Shown here: one piece after another, positions 40,801 through 53,577 of the stretch
Layout of the letters: every line of letters starts with the position of its first letter
Position numbering within the stretch: position 1 is the stretch's first letter
NCBI RefSeq assembly: GCF_006345805.1
Contig: NC_042998.1
Span: forward strand, 172,856,001 to 172,920,000
Reading direction: 5' to 3'
Source: Octopus sinensis
Lineage: Eukaryota
Length of the DNA stretch: 64,000 nt
Notes under the pieces: generated by a model
What the model saw: only the letters and a program-made list of their open reading frames with translations
Told to the model about the DNA's origin: nothing
The model's database searches: none
Position numbers and translations under genes: made by a program

Positions 40801-42684
40801 ACAACAACAATAATAATTATATTTTCTCCTAAATATCTTTAACTGTAAACATTATTGTTAATCGTCGTGAATATGTCAATATACGTTTATCATTGGGCAC
40901 TCTTGTAACCTTTAGTTATTTTGTTAAAATGGCGGATTTCTTATAACCGTAATCTTCCTTGCCAGCTTTGACAACATCTGGGTTAATCACCAAGAAGTTC
41001 CGAATACAAGTGTTTCAAGAATGGTACTCTTTATGTATTTCCAAAAATCATGAATAATAAAGGCACTGATAATTACAAATACTTGAACGTAGATGCGAGT
41101 AAAAACTGTATGTGCGAAAGGTGTTTCAACGTGTATGAAAAATGTATATTTTCACAGTACCAAATATTAAAAATTGATATTATTTGGAAGAACATTATTC
41201 GTACCCTTTGTAATGGCCTTGTAGTGTTCGACAAGAATGTAAAAGACCTATACTATCTAAACTGTAATACAAAAAAATATGAAGAAAATATCAAAACCTG
41301 CACTAAAAGTTTTACTCCATCAACTCTACGTCCCTAGAAGAGGGAGGAGTAGAGGTCTATGGAGCGTCGAGGTGAAATATTTGAAGGCAATCATTAATAT
41401 TACCTACGGGATTTCCAGTTTTACAATCAGATTTGTTAGCCTTGAACATTTATAATTTAGGAAGAGTGGGCAATAAGAAGCGAGGCAGTAATATAATCTA
41501 CAAACCCATAAATATAGCGTTTTTTCATCTATCTCAGGTTAAAATTTCTTATTTGTTGTTCTATTCGCGAATCTTTGAACTGAACAAGAGCTCAGTTTGC
41601 AAATCCAGGGAATAATTTCAGTCAAATGTTAGTTGACTGGGATCTCTTGGATTATATGCTCGTCAAAAGGTCAGGTGATATTGTATTTCTCTCCCAGAGT
41701 TTAACTTTTACATACCCCTATTTCCTATATAGGCTCTCACGCGACAGTATTTATATCTAGGATGTTGCATTATATTAACAGGTTTGTAGCATTTCTCTCA
41801 TTATGGCGGCGGATATATTCGCCTCCTCCTCCCTCCCCTAGTTTGAACTTATAATTTGAATCATTCTGAAATTGTGTTATGCTGACAATTAAATGGTTTC
41901 AGGAGCAGTGTTATGCTGACAATTAAATGGTTTCATCGTTTTAAGGGAAGGATCAACATCCCAGTTGAAGTGAAGAAGATATCATAGCTGATTTCTATTA
42001 CTGTTACTACTTCAGTTATTGCAAAGCCTCTACAGTTGCCCATAGACGTGCAACTACTGTCGCTGCTTCGCAAATGCTGTTACTACTAATACTGTCGCTG
42101 TTTTCCTGTGGTCGCAGCTATTGCATTTATTGTTGTTACGTTTATACTACTGCTGCTGCTGCCGAAGATGCAGCTATTGCTCATGAGTTAGATCGCTGAC
42201 TCCAACTTATCTCACCATGACGACAAAACTCTTAGATATAAAATAGAGTGCAGTCTTCTTCATTTCTCAGCTAACCATCCAGCTAGCGTAATAAAATTCT
42301 CTCGAAATTATCATGTTATCGAACATACCGAATAACAAACTTATGTTTGGCTTTCTCGGGCTCTTATTTTTCAATATACATAGGAAGCACATGATGTTCT
42401 GTTTTCTCTTGGAAAATTAGAAACATAAAACTTCCTTTTCAGGAAGAAAATAATTATAGTAAAAAGGATTTATAGCAGAAGACGACATAGTTTGATAGGA
42501 AAGAAGAACCGATTCTTATACATCAATATTTTGTTGCTATTATTTTGTCGACCGTGGAGTGAAAAGCAAAACAAAAAGAGAAATGTGCACAAGATATTTG
42601 GATATAGGCCCTAGAGGAATTTGACAAAATACTGCGTGTTTTGATAAACATTCGATAGATACTGCCAATCTACTTGCCTACATA

Positions 42685-42726
<42 letters not shown>

Positions 42727-42739
42727 GATAATGATGATG

Positions 42740-42781
<42 letters not shown>

Positions 42782-42799
42782 TAATAATAATAATAATAA

Positions 42800-43119
<320 letters not shown>

Positions 43120-43140
43120 AATAATAATAATGATAATAAT

Positions 43141-44400
43141 AAACAGAATTAATGCGATCAATTTTTTGGCCATACCAGTAACCGCATATAGCTTTGTTAT
43201 CATTAAGTAGAGTCTCACTGACGTGCAGAATATGGATGGAAAAATCCTTAAAAATCTTTACACGGTACCGAATGCACCATCCAAAATCAGCTGTAGACAG
43301 GATTTAATTCACAGGAAAAATTAGTGGAAGAGTCTTGATAAGAAGATAAGAAGAGTCGAATAATCCTTCAAATCAGCAATAATAGGCCTTGAAACGTACC
43401 TTACGAACTGCACTGAAGCATGAAGCTTCAATCAAGCTTCAGTCATGAAGCTTAGTCACAAATTTAAAAAGTCTCTCGCCCTACAAGTTAACAATAAGAA
43501 TAACTAAAGACACCCAAATACTGACAGACCTACCATTGCTACTGGTTTAGAAATTAACAATCAGAAAGTCCCAAGATCCAGATAGTGACAAACCTATCAT
43601 TGATGCAAAAAAATCATCAAGCAAAAAGCAAAGAAGGTAAACTCCTGCATGGAAAACACGCTAACCGCCTGTGCAAGCCAGATATTGATCAAAATGTAAC
43701 ACACCAATAGCTACAAAGGGCAGGTCTGAAAGGGGAAACAGCAGGTTTCGTTATTGCAGCGCGAGAATAAAAAAAACAAAGGGCAGACAAAGTCTTCACA
43801 GGGTTCTCTACATAGAGAGGCAACCACTAAGAGATGGTGTGTCGATAAAAATAGTGGTTGTGACACCTTATCAACTCACCCCAATTTATGAGTGTATTGC
43901 CAAATATACATTATTAAAACTGCCTTTATGACAAACGAACTCCGAGTGAAGGTCACTCGCTCGACAAGTGCTCTACTGCGCAGCAGGATGGACCTGGTCG
44001 TTATCCAAATACTGCTACAAAGATTGACTCAAAATGACAATAGAACTGTAATGGAATGCTATTCCAGAAGCAAGCATACCAAAATAAGACACTGGAAAAT
44101 AATGTATAAACTTTAGATAGAGAAAGTCATGCTCCCTTTCACGAAGCAAAAACGACTAGACCTAATACAATTTAATAGTGAAAAGGTAGTCGCTGTTCCT
44201 GTTGGAACTGGAGGAAATCTCAATAATGTAAGAGTGTGAACGTGACTAAGCGGGACACGAAAACCACAAAGTAGATGCATAACAGGGATTAGCAGGACAA
44301 ATAAATCATCACAAAAAAGAAGCCATTCCATGTGCTATAAAGCCACATTTCGGCCTTTGATGGACCGGGCCGAACGCATAATACTCGAATCCAAGCAGTT
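43141..44400 (+). mobile_element. Degenerate Dong/R4 LINE (family F)
   Basis: NRINAINFLAIPV..YSF, RMHHPKSAVDR, LKGETAGFVIAA; starts directly after (AAT)n. Confidence 0.7.
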
Positions 44401-44502
44401 GTGTGCACATTTTCAGCGGCAATTTTCCGAACTGTAAGCAGCGCGCGGTGACTCGATTCCTGATAGAGCTGGTAGATTCTTTATGTTAGTATTTCACACT
44501 TC

Positions 44503-44561
<59 letters not shown>

Positions 44562-44562
44562 C

Positions 44563-44742
44563 AATTGCAGCGTGGAAGGTGTTTATAAGCCATTTAAAAA
44601 ACACACAAAACAGTTAGATTCACTTCAACATTTAAATTTAATTTGTCAAACTATTTTGACAAATTAAATTTAAATGTTGAAGTGAATCTAACGGTTTTGT
44701 GTGTTTCTTAAATGGCTTATAAACACCTTCCACGCTGCAATT
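44563..44742. repeat. Foldback palindrome: 88-bp arms, 4-nt loop, 2 mismatches
   Basis: 44563-44650 is the reverse complement of 44655-44742; loop CTAT. Flanked by (TA)n tracts. Confidence 0.95.
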
Positions 44743-44800
44743 ATTTTCGTTCCAGCACACGATCTCAGATCAAGTCACTCGCTATGCAAGTACATCTCCG

Positions 44801-44864
<64 letters not shown>

Positions 44865-44865
44865 A

Positions 44866-45596
44866 TAATATATGAGAATTATTCGGTTGCCATGATAAAA
44901 CTCTGAGTGTTGGATGTCGGGGTGGAAACCTACACCGGCATTTCTTCAGTTACCGAGGCAATTAAAATATGCTATGAAAATGACCGTTAACCAAGGGAAA
45001 AAACCGAAGAGGAGGAAGTAAAAAGTAAAAGGTAAAGGAATAAGAAAACTCATTGCAATCGCATGTGCGCGCATGTACATAATGCACACGCGCGCACGCA
45101 CACCCACGTACATATGCCTATATGCATATATTCACACAAACTCGCATTAAATACACACATGCGCATCCACACATAGTCAAATAGATGCACATAAATATGC
45201 AACCATGCATGTACACGTATATAAGTCCACAAATGCGCGCGCGCGCACATAACACGCACACACGCGTGCACATACCCATACGTGCACATGTATGTGGATG
45301 CGCATGCGCGCATGTGTATGTACATGTGCGCACTAGCGATTGCTATGAGCTTTCTTATTCCTTTAGCTTTTACTTTTTACTTCCTCCCCTTCGGTTTTTT
45401 CCCTTATTTAACAGTCATTCTAATATCTCTTTTGTCTTAATAACGGTCAATTACATACTAATTTCCCTTTGTTTAACGGTCTTTTCATAGCATATTTTAA
45501 TTGCCGCAATAACTGAAGAGATGCCGGTGTAGGTTTCCGCCCCGACATCCGAAACTCGGAGTTTTATCATGGCAACCGAAAAATTGTCACATATTA
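44866..45596. mobile_element. MITE-like element with ~200-bp imperfect TIRs
   Basis: TTCGGTTGCCATGATAAAACTC...GGAAACCTACACCGGCAT... (44870-45075) is mirrored at 45320-45590. The core is alternating purine-pyrimidine. No coding capacity. Confidence 0.7.
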
Positions 45597-45687
45597 CATT
45601 ACAAATAGATTCCTCTATTTACATAATATCCAGGTCTCTTTCATTCTTTTGTTGTCTTACCATTACTATTAATATATATATATATAA

Positions 45688-46040
45688 AAGGGGTAAAGAC
45701 CCCCTTCGGTCATGTGTGACCATGGGTTTGCACCTAGAGAGTTACCCTCTGAGGCACAAGTCTGGGCAAAGTTGTTTTTTTTTTTTATGGAAGACCAGCA
45801 GTCGCCCATGCATACCGGCCTCCCCTCTCCACGCCACCAGTGTTATCCAAGGGAAAGACAAAGGTCGATACAGCTTGGCACCAGTGACGTCGCAACTCAT
45901 TTCTACAGCTGAGTGAACTGGAGCAACGTGAAATAAAGTGCTTTGCTCAAGAACACAACACGCAGCCCGGTCCGGGATTCGAACTCACAACCTCACGATC
46001 GTAAGCTCGACGCTCTAACCACTGAGCCATGCGCCTCCAC
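45688..46040 (-). mobile_element. SINE with S1-type tRNA head and a different 3' tail
   Basis: GGAGGCGCATGGCTCAGTGGTTAGAGC...GAGTTCGAATCCC head and S1 core; 3' part differs from 17182-17500. Confidence 0.8.
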
Positions 46041-46092
46041 ATATATATATATATATATATATACGAGAAAGAAGCAACAAGAATGGATAGGT

Positions 46093-46183
46093 TTTTAGTA
46101 CGATCGTTTCATACAAGGACAGGTTTTATTAAAAGTTGCAAAGATTACAGCATATAAACGAGTCCCGTACTCATCAGCTAAAA
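46093..46183 (-). ncRNA. Type I hammerhead ribozyme, PLE-2 (sense to the GIY-YIG ORF)
   Basis: Exact reverse complement of 48972-49062. Confidence 0.8.
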
Positions 46184-47608
46184 TACATGTAAGTTCTCTA
46201 GACATCCTAGTGTTTGAGGCTATACTCATGAAGTAATGTAGATAATTAAACAGATTTCTAAAGTTCATTAAAGTTCTTTAAAGATGATGCATAGTCTTAT
46301 CACAGAATTTTAAAAAAGTTTTGGTAGCATCACAGAGAAGGTGACCTAATCCATATGAATTTCCATAGATATGATGAGGGATTATATACTCACAGAAGAC
46401 AAATTTATCCATTGTTATTAGCATTACAGAGAGGGTGAATTAATCCTTTGTATATATGCACAGATTCCAATGGTGTAGATGTAAATTTCCAGAGAAATGG
46501 AGATGAATTTCATATTCACAGGCGATAAATTTTACAATGGTTGAACACAATGAGGTAGGTACCAATCCTTGTTATATGATTAGGTGTTTGCCATATTAAT
46601 CACATTACTGCTATTCACAAGAGGCTGCAGCTATTTAACTCTTAAAGGTTGAAGGGCTTACTAGATCGGCCAAGAATAGAGAAGGGAATAGAAGAAAAGA
46701 GAGAAAAAATGGAGGAGGGAGCAAAAAAGGGGGGGGGAAAGGGGGACTAAAAGAGAAGAGAAAAGGGACAGAGAATAAGAAGAAAGAAAAAAGAAGAAAG
46801 AGAAAAGAGAAAGGAATAGGGAAAGAAGGGAAAAAAAAGAAAAAGAAAAAAGAAAAAAGAGGGTTCTAGTTATACAGAAGAGCTAGTAGACTGTAAGTCT
46901 GGTTTTAATCAACAGGCATCTGGGGACTGGAGGGGAATATTATTATTCTTTGACCAGTAAACCGTTAATTTATTGCTGTTGAAATCAGCTATGAGTTTAA
47001 AGAGAATCTAAAGAGATAACACAGTCAGGGGTTAAGGGGTCAGATGCTAAAATCACCAGAAAATACATTAGGAAAATCTAAGTATAATCTTATCAAAAAG
47101 TCATTAAAAATTTACTTATTTAATTTATTCATTTTATTGTCTTAAGGAGTTGTCGTTATTATTCATACATTGACCGACTACAGGTCAAATCTTATAAGAT
47201 CATTTACAAGGTGTTAGGGGATTGTCTATCCTAATGAAGATAATCATATTATCACCGAGGGAATAGCCTTATTTATTTAATTATGAAATAGAATTATGGG
47301 GCTACAGTAACTAATTATAATTTATTAGAGTTATGCTATTTAAATTAGATTAAGTTAGGAATTAAAATTAAATATTACAATTAAGATTTAAAATTAAGAA
47401 TTTAAAAGTTGTGAGTTTGAAATTAAATAAAGCCTCAATTAAGTAGCGAATAAGTACTATTCATTTCTCTGTTCTCAAAAAACTGATGTAGATATAAGGA
47501 AAAAGATAAAGATAACTATAATGTGAGAACTCTTAGTTATCTACTTAAAGCAGTGCTATACTAGTAGAAATCAAGTTATATCTATCTATCTAGCTATGAA
47601 TATTCCAA

Positions 47609-48118
47609 TCATTTAAAATATTTTAAAGTCTTCAATTTAGCGTGGACACAAACTTGACCTAGTTCGATATGGTTATTCAATAAGTTTCTATGTTTACTAT
47701 GCTTTAGAATTTCGTACGTCTCCATGGAGCATAGTTGACAACCAACCCTACTATTTTTATACGGAATTGCTCTCCTAACTATTTCCCAATTAAGGGTATA
47801 ATTTTTGTTATTATTTTTGAGTTCCCAGATTTTGTTTGAAAGTGTGGTGGTACCAGCTTTATGACGTAATTTAAAAGTCGAGATGTGATTTCTAACTCTG
47901 GCTAAAAAATTAATTGTACAGCCAATGTAAAAATATTTGTTATTCTCCGTGGATATGGTACATTTATAGATTACATTATTTTCCCTACATAGACCAGGTG
48001 CCGGGCATTTTGATTTTATTCTACACTTACACACAGGAGGAACAACTTCAGGCCTTGGATTATTCCTGGGTAGATTATACTTAGATTTTCCTAATGTATT
48101 TTCTGGTGATTTTAGCAT
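47609..48118 (-). CDS. PLE-type GIY-YIG endonuclease ORF, 169 aa, uninterrupted
   Basis: CKC..KSKCPAPGLC..NVIYKC...YIGCT..F.AR.RNH...TTLS.KIW.LK...W.I..RA.PY....CQLC.ME...LLN..E..CVH matches the Cys-rich PLE GIY-YIG pattern. An in-frame stop lies 9 codons upstream of the ATG. Confidence 0.8.
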   Translation of the reverse strand: MLKSPENTLGKSKYNLPRNNPRPEVVPPVCKCRIKSKCPAPGLCRENNVIYKCTISTENNKYFYIGCTINFLARVRNHISTFKLRHKAGTTTLSNKIWELKNNNKNYTLNWEIVRRAIPYKNSRVGCQLCSMETYEILKHSKHRNLLNNHIELGQVCVHAKLKTLKYFK

Positions 48119-48971
48119 CTGACCCCTTAACCCCTGACTGTGTTATCTCTTTAGATTCTCTTTAAACTCATAGCTGATTTCAACAGCAATAAATTAACGG
48201 TTTACTGGTCAAAGAATAATAATATTCCCCTCCAGTCCCCAGATGCCTGTTGATTAAAACCAGACTTACAGTCTACTAGCTCTTCTGTATAACTAGAACC
48301 CTCTTTTTTCTTTTTTCTTTTTCTTTTTTCCTTCTTTCCCTATTCCTTTCTCTTTTCTCTTTCTTCTTTTTCTTCTTCTTATTCTCTGTTCCCTTTTCTC
48401 TTCTCTTTTAGTCCCCCTTTCCCCCTCCTTTTTGCTCCCTCCTCCATTATTTTCTCTCTTTTCTTCTATTCCCTTCTCTATTCTTGGCCGATCTAGTAAG
48501 CCCTTCAACCTTTAAGAGTTAAATAGCTGCAGCCTCTTGTGAATAGCAGTAATGTGATTAATATGGCAAACACCTAATCATATAACAAGGATTGGTACCT
48601 ACCTCATTGTGTTCAACCATTGTAAAATTTATCGCCTGTGAATATGAAATTCATCTCCATTTCTCTGGAAATTTACATCTACACCATTGGAATCTGTGCA
48701 TATATACAAAGGATTAATTCACCCTCTCTGTAATGCTAATAACAATGGATAAATTTGTCTTCTGTGAGTATATAATCCTCATCATATCTATGGAAATTCA
48801 TATGGATTAGGTCACCTTCTCTGTGATGCTACCAAAACTTTTTTAAAATTCTGTGATAAGACTATGCATCATCTTAAAGAACTTTAATGAACTTTAGAAA
48901 TCTGTTTAATTATCTACATTACTTCATGAGTATAGCCTCAAACACTAGGATGTCTAGAGAACTTACATGTA

Positions 48972-49062
48972 TTTTAGCTGATGAGTACGGGACTCGTTTA
49001 TATGCTGTAATCTTTGCAACTTTTAATAAAACCTGTCCTTGTATGAAACGATCGTACTAAAA
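48972..49062 (+). ncRNA. Type I hammerhead ribozyme, PLE-2 inverted arm
   Basis: Stem I TTTTAG/CTAAAA; core CTGATGA (48978-48984); stem II GTACGGGAC/GTCCTTGTAT around a 41-nt partly paired insert; GAAA (49045-49048); palindrome ACGATCGT; GTA, with predicted cleavage after 49056. Confidence 0.8.
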
Positions 49063-49529
49063 ACCTATCCATTCTTGTTGCTTCTTTCTCGCTTATAATC
49101 ACCCCACATTACTGTATTGTTAAATCAGTATAGTTTTTTTTGGTGCATCTAAGTTAGGTACCATATTCAAGTAAATTTTTTAAATTAACTTGAATCTTTA
49201 TTGCTCTTTGTATATATATATATATATATTTTTAAGAATTTTTTTGCGTAATGAGATAAAAATCCAAGGCTGTGTAGATATTAGAACATTTATTGATAGA
49301 AGGTCTTACAGCTGCTTCCAGGATATTTATTCATTATATCCCTTTGTCGGAGACGGTGTAAGAAGATGGTTAATTAATATTTAATTTAGATGGGATACAA
49401 AATAGAGAGTGAGGTGGAGGAACGAAAATAGATGTGAGATATGTAGGGATATTGAATTTGTAGATCCATTTTTTAGGTGTCTCAATGACACCATTACCTC
49501 TTATATAGGAAAGTGATTGCGTGTCTCAT

Positions 49530-52500
49530 AGCCTCTCCTCTCCAGGTGTAATGATCGCTGCAGAACTTCTACTGGCTGCGCCTTGTGGAAAGTTCTTGCT
49601 TATGGCCTCTCCTGCACTACTGTGTCCCCAGCAGCACCTTCACACGGTACCCCCTGTTCTCACTGAGCCTGCTGTGTGGCGCGACCGGGTGCTTGGCGGT
49701 ATAACCAGGTGGGCAGACTGGGCTCGTTAGCCTTGGTTGGCAGCCAGTCTAGGAGAAGGAAGACTCTGACTCCAAACCCTCGCTCTGCTGCCTTGCGGAT
49801 GCTCTTGGGAGAGGGAAAGGCTATGGGAGTAAACCCAGACAGAAAATCCGGAGTGGAGCCCCGAAGGCGGTAGAGTGTCGAATCTCGACCCTCTTCCGGC
49901 AACTCCTGCAGCCAACCAGACTCCAAACGTACTGCACTGCATTCCTTTGGATTATGACTGGGGGCCGAGAGGGAGATTCTGGTGTCTGGGCAGCCCAGTG
50001 TCTTTGTTCCTACCGCCTAGGCTTGCGCCATGGAGAAACTACTCCATCGATGGAACAAGCTGAGATGGCAGTTACGAGTTTTAAGCCAGGGTGAATTGGC
50101 GTAATCCCGGGCGCTAGGGGCCGTCTCTAACGGTGGGAGGGATCATTGAAGTCCCACTGGTCAGCTACCGCCCGCCTTAAGCTGGGCGGCCCCCGGCCAA
50201 TAATGGTGCTGACCCGCCACAGACTGACCGCTTCAATGGGTGCTTGGAGCTAGGACAAAATCTGAAAAGCAGACTGAAAACCCTGCACCAGCAAACAAAG
50301 GAAAAACAAATACCCAGTCACCAGTCTTGCGACTGGCCACCTGGAATGTCAGGACCATGTGCCCTGGCATCATTGACGATCTACGACAGATGAACGACAG
50401 TAGGAAGACAGTAGTCATCAACACCGAATTGAAAAGGCTGAACATCGACATAGCGGCGCTGCAAGAGACCAGGCTCGCCGCAGACGGCATGCTACGGGAG
50501 AAGGACTACACCTTCTACTGGCAGGGGAGACCCGTCGAGGAGGCCCCCCAGCATGGCGAGGGGTTTGCCGTGAGGAACAGCTTGCTCCCCAAGGCGAACC
50601 CTCCTTCAAATGGCTCAGAGCGCATCCACACTCTTGGCCTTGCAACATCAACGGGGAAGGTAAACATAATTAGTGCTTATCCCCCAACACTCCACTCTCT
50701 TTAGGAAATAAAAGACCGGTTCTATGAGGAGCTCGATCTATGAGGAGCTCGACGCCACCATCAGCCAGATACCAGGGTCGGAGCGCATCTTCCTTCTGGG
50801 CGACTTCAACGCAAGGGTGGGATCCGATCATGGGGCATGGCCAGATTGCCTTGGACGCTTTGGCGTGGGGAAGATGAATGAGAATGGCCAGAGACTGTTG
50901 GAGCTTTGCTCTTACCGGAAACTCTGCGTTACCAACACATTCTTCATGACTAAGCCACAACACCAGGTCTCATGGAGGCACCCAAGGTCCGGACACTGGC
51001 ACCAACTGGACATGGTTATCACCCGGCGAGCCCACCTCGGCAGTGTGCTTCTCACACGTAGCTACCATGGTGCTGACTGTGATACAGACCACTCTCTGGT
51101 GTGCAGCAGGGTCCGATTGGCCCCAAAGAAAATCCGCCGTCCCGTAGGGAAAAGCCGCACACGCATCAACACCTCCAGGACAACCAACCCCGACCTCCGC
51201 TCGGAATTCACCAACCGCATGGAGGAGGCCCTTAAAGATCACGCAGCCACGTCCATCGAGGAGAGATGGTAGCTTATTCGCGACACCACTTGCAGAATAG
51301 CCATGTCATCCCTAGGAAAGAGGGAGCGGAGAAATCAAGACTGGTTTGAAGCTCACCTGCCTGAGATGGAGCCTGTCATTGCTGCCAAGAGGGAAGCACT
51401 GGTCAACTATAAGCGCGACCCATCAGAAAAGAACCTGGCTACTCTGAGAACAGTCAGAAGCGACGCCCAGAGGACGGCCAGACGTTGCGCCAACATCTAC
51501 TGGCAGAACTTATGCCAGAACATCCAGTGCTGTGCAGACAGTGGTAACGTGAAAGGGATGTACGAGGGGATGAAGAATGCATTCGGGCCCACTGTCAGCA
51601 AGGTTGCTCCACTGAAGTCCAGGGATGGCGAGGTCATCAAGGACCAAGCGAAGCGGATGGAGAGGTGGGTCGAGCATTACCAGAACCTCTACTCCACTGA
51701 GAATGTGGTCACCAGGTCTGCCCTCGCCGGCATTCCTGCTCTGCCTGTCATGGAGGAGCTTGACCTGCCTCCAACAAAGGAGGAACTGAGCAAAGCAATT
51801 GACTCACTCGCTCGGGGCAAGGCACCAGGGCAAGACGGCATCCCCGCAGAAGTCATCCAGTGCGGGAAGCCAGCCCTTCTGGGCCATCTCCACGAGCTGC
51901 TCTGTCAGTGCTGGGAGGAGGACTCTGTCCCTAAGGATATGCGTGACGCAAACATCATCACACTGTATAAAAACAAAGGGGACAGAAGCGACTGTAATAA
52001 TTACAGGGGCATATCACTGCTCAGCACTGTCGGTAAGGCATTTGCCAGGGTGGTCCTGAAGAGGTTGCAAATGCTTGCAGAGCGTGCGTACCCCGAGTCT
52101 CAGTCTGGCTTTAGGGCAGAGAGGTCTACAATCGACATGATCTTCTCACTCAGGCAGCTTCAAGAAAAGTCTCGAGAACAGAGACAGCCCCTATACGTGG
52201 CCTTCATCGACCTGGCTAAGGCGTTCGACTCACTCAGCAGGGAGGAGCTGTTTGCGCTCCTGGGTAGGATAGGTTGCCCTCCCAGACTGCTGAAACTCAT
52301 TATCTCCTTTCACGATGGTATGCAGGGAACAGTGCAGTTTGACGGATCGCCCTCGGAGTCGTTCCCCATCCAGAGTGGAGTGAAACAGGGTTGCATTCTG
52401 GCGCCGACGCTCTTCGGAATTTTCTTCTCCCTTGTTCTGTCCTATGCCTTCAGAACGTCCGACGACGGAGTGTTCCTCCACACCAGGGCTGATGGTGGGT

Positions 52501-53577
52501 TGTTCAATCTTGCGCGCCTCAGAGCTAAGACCAAAGTCCGTCAGGTGCTGATCAGAGAGATCCTCTTTGCTGACGATGCCGCCCTAACATCACACAACCA
52601 GCCGGGTCTCAAGAGGCTGGTCAGCTCCCTGGCGGATGCCTGCCAAGAGTTCGGCCTTACCATCGGCCTGAAAAAGACAGAGATCATGGGCCAGGACGTC
52701 GGAGGGGTCCCCAGCATCAGTGTCGGCGACCACAGCTTGCAGGTGGTGAACGAGTTCACTTACCTGGGATCGACGGTCTCCAGCAGCCTGTCCCTCGAGC
52801 CGGAGCTGAACAGACGGATTGGGAAGGCTGCTGCTGCCATGGCTAAGCTCTCCAGGAGAGTGTGGGAAAACAACATGCTCACAATAACCACCAAGATCGC
52901 AGTGTACCGAGCATGCGTGCTGAGCACCCTACTCTACGGAAGCGAGAGCTGGACAACATACACCCGGCAAGAATGCCGCCTCAGCGGCTTCCACATGCGG
53001 TGTCTTCGACGGATCCTTGGCATCTCCTGGAAGGACCGAGTACCAAACGGAGTCATCCTAGAACAGACTAATATGCCAAGCATGCATGCCCTCCTCGTGC
53101 GGAGACGACTGCGCTGGCTCGGACACGTCTGCCGCATGCAGGACGGTCGCATGCCTAAAGGCATCCTGTACAGCGAACTCACCACGGGATCCCGACCCAA
53201 GGGACGTCCACAGCTACGATACAGGGTTGTGTGCAAGCGCGACCTGAAGACTGCCAACATCTGTGTGGACACGTGGGAGGTAACAGCTGCTGACCGCTCT
53301 GCCTGGCGTCGGACAGTGAGGAAAGGCGTTTCCATGGCTGAGGAAAGGAGAGCACAGCTGTGGTCGGACAGGCGGGACAGGAGGAGGACAACTGCAGCAA
53401 CAGCCCACACGTACCCATCGATGTTCGTGTGCAGCAACTGTACCAGGGACTGCCACTCTAGAATTGGACTGTTCAGTCACAGCAGACGCTGCTCATCATC
53501 AAAGTAGGCCCCACCCTTGGCGGGCGCGACCCATTGTCTATCAAGACAGACGGGGGAAAAGAAAAAAGAAGAGAAGA

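Larger units (their letters stand above)
46064..49091 (-). mobile_element. PLE-2: RT-less Penelope-like element with ~1 kb inverted repeats
   Basis: Arms 46064-47090 and 48072-49091 are reverse complements, differing mainly by homopolymer indels. The spacer 47091-48071 carries the GIY-YIG domain. Each arm has a hammerhead. Confidence 0.9.

Noticed and set aside
40920-41830. ATGGCGG (YY1-like) motifs and the Cys-containing ORF 41050-41337
   Set aside because: Short motifs are expected by chance, and the ORF has no recognisable domain or splice support.
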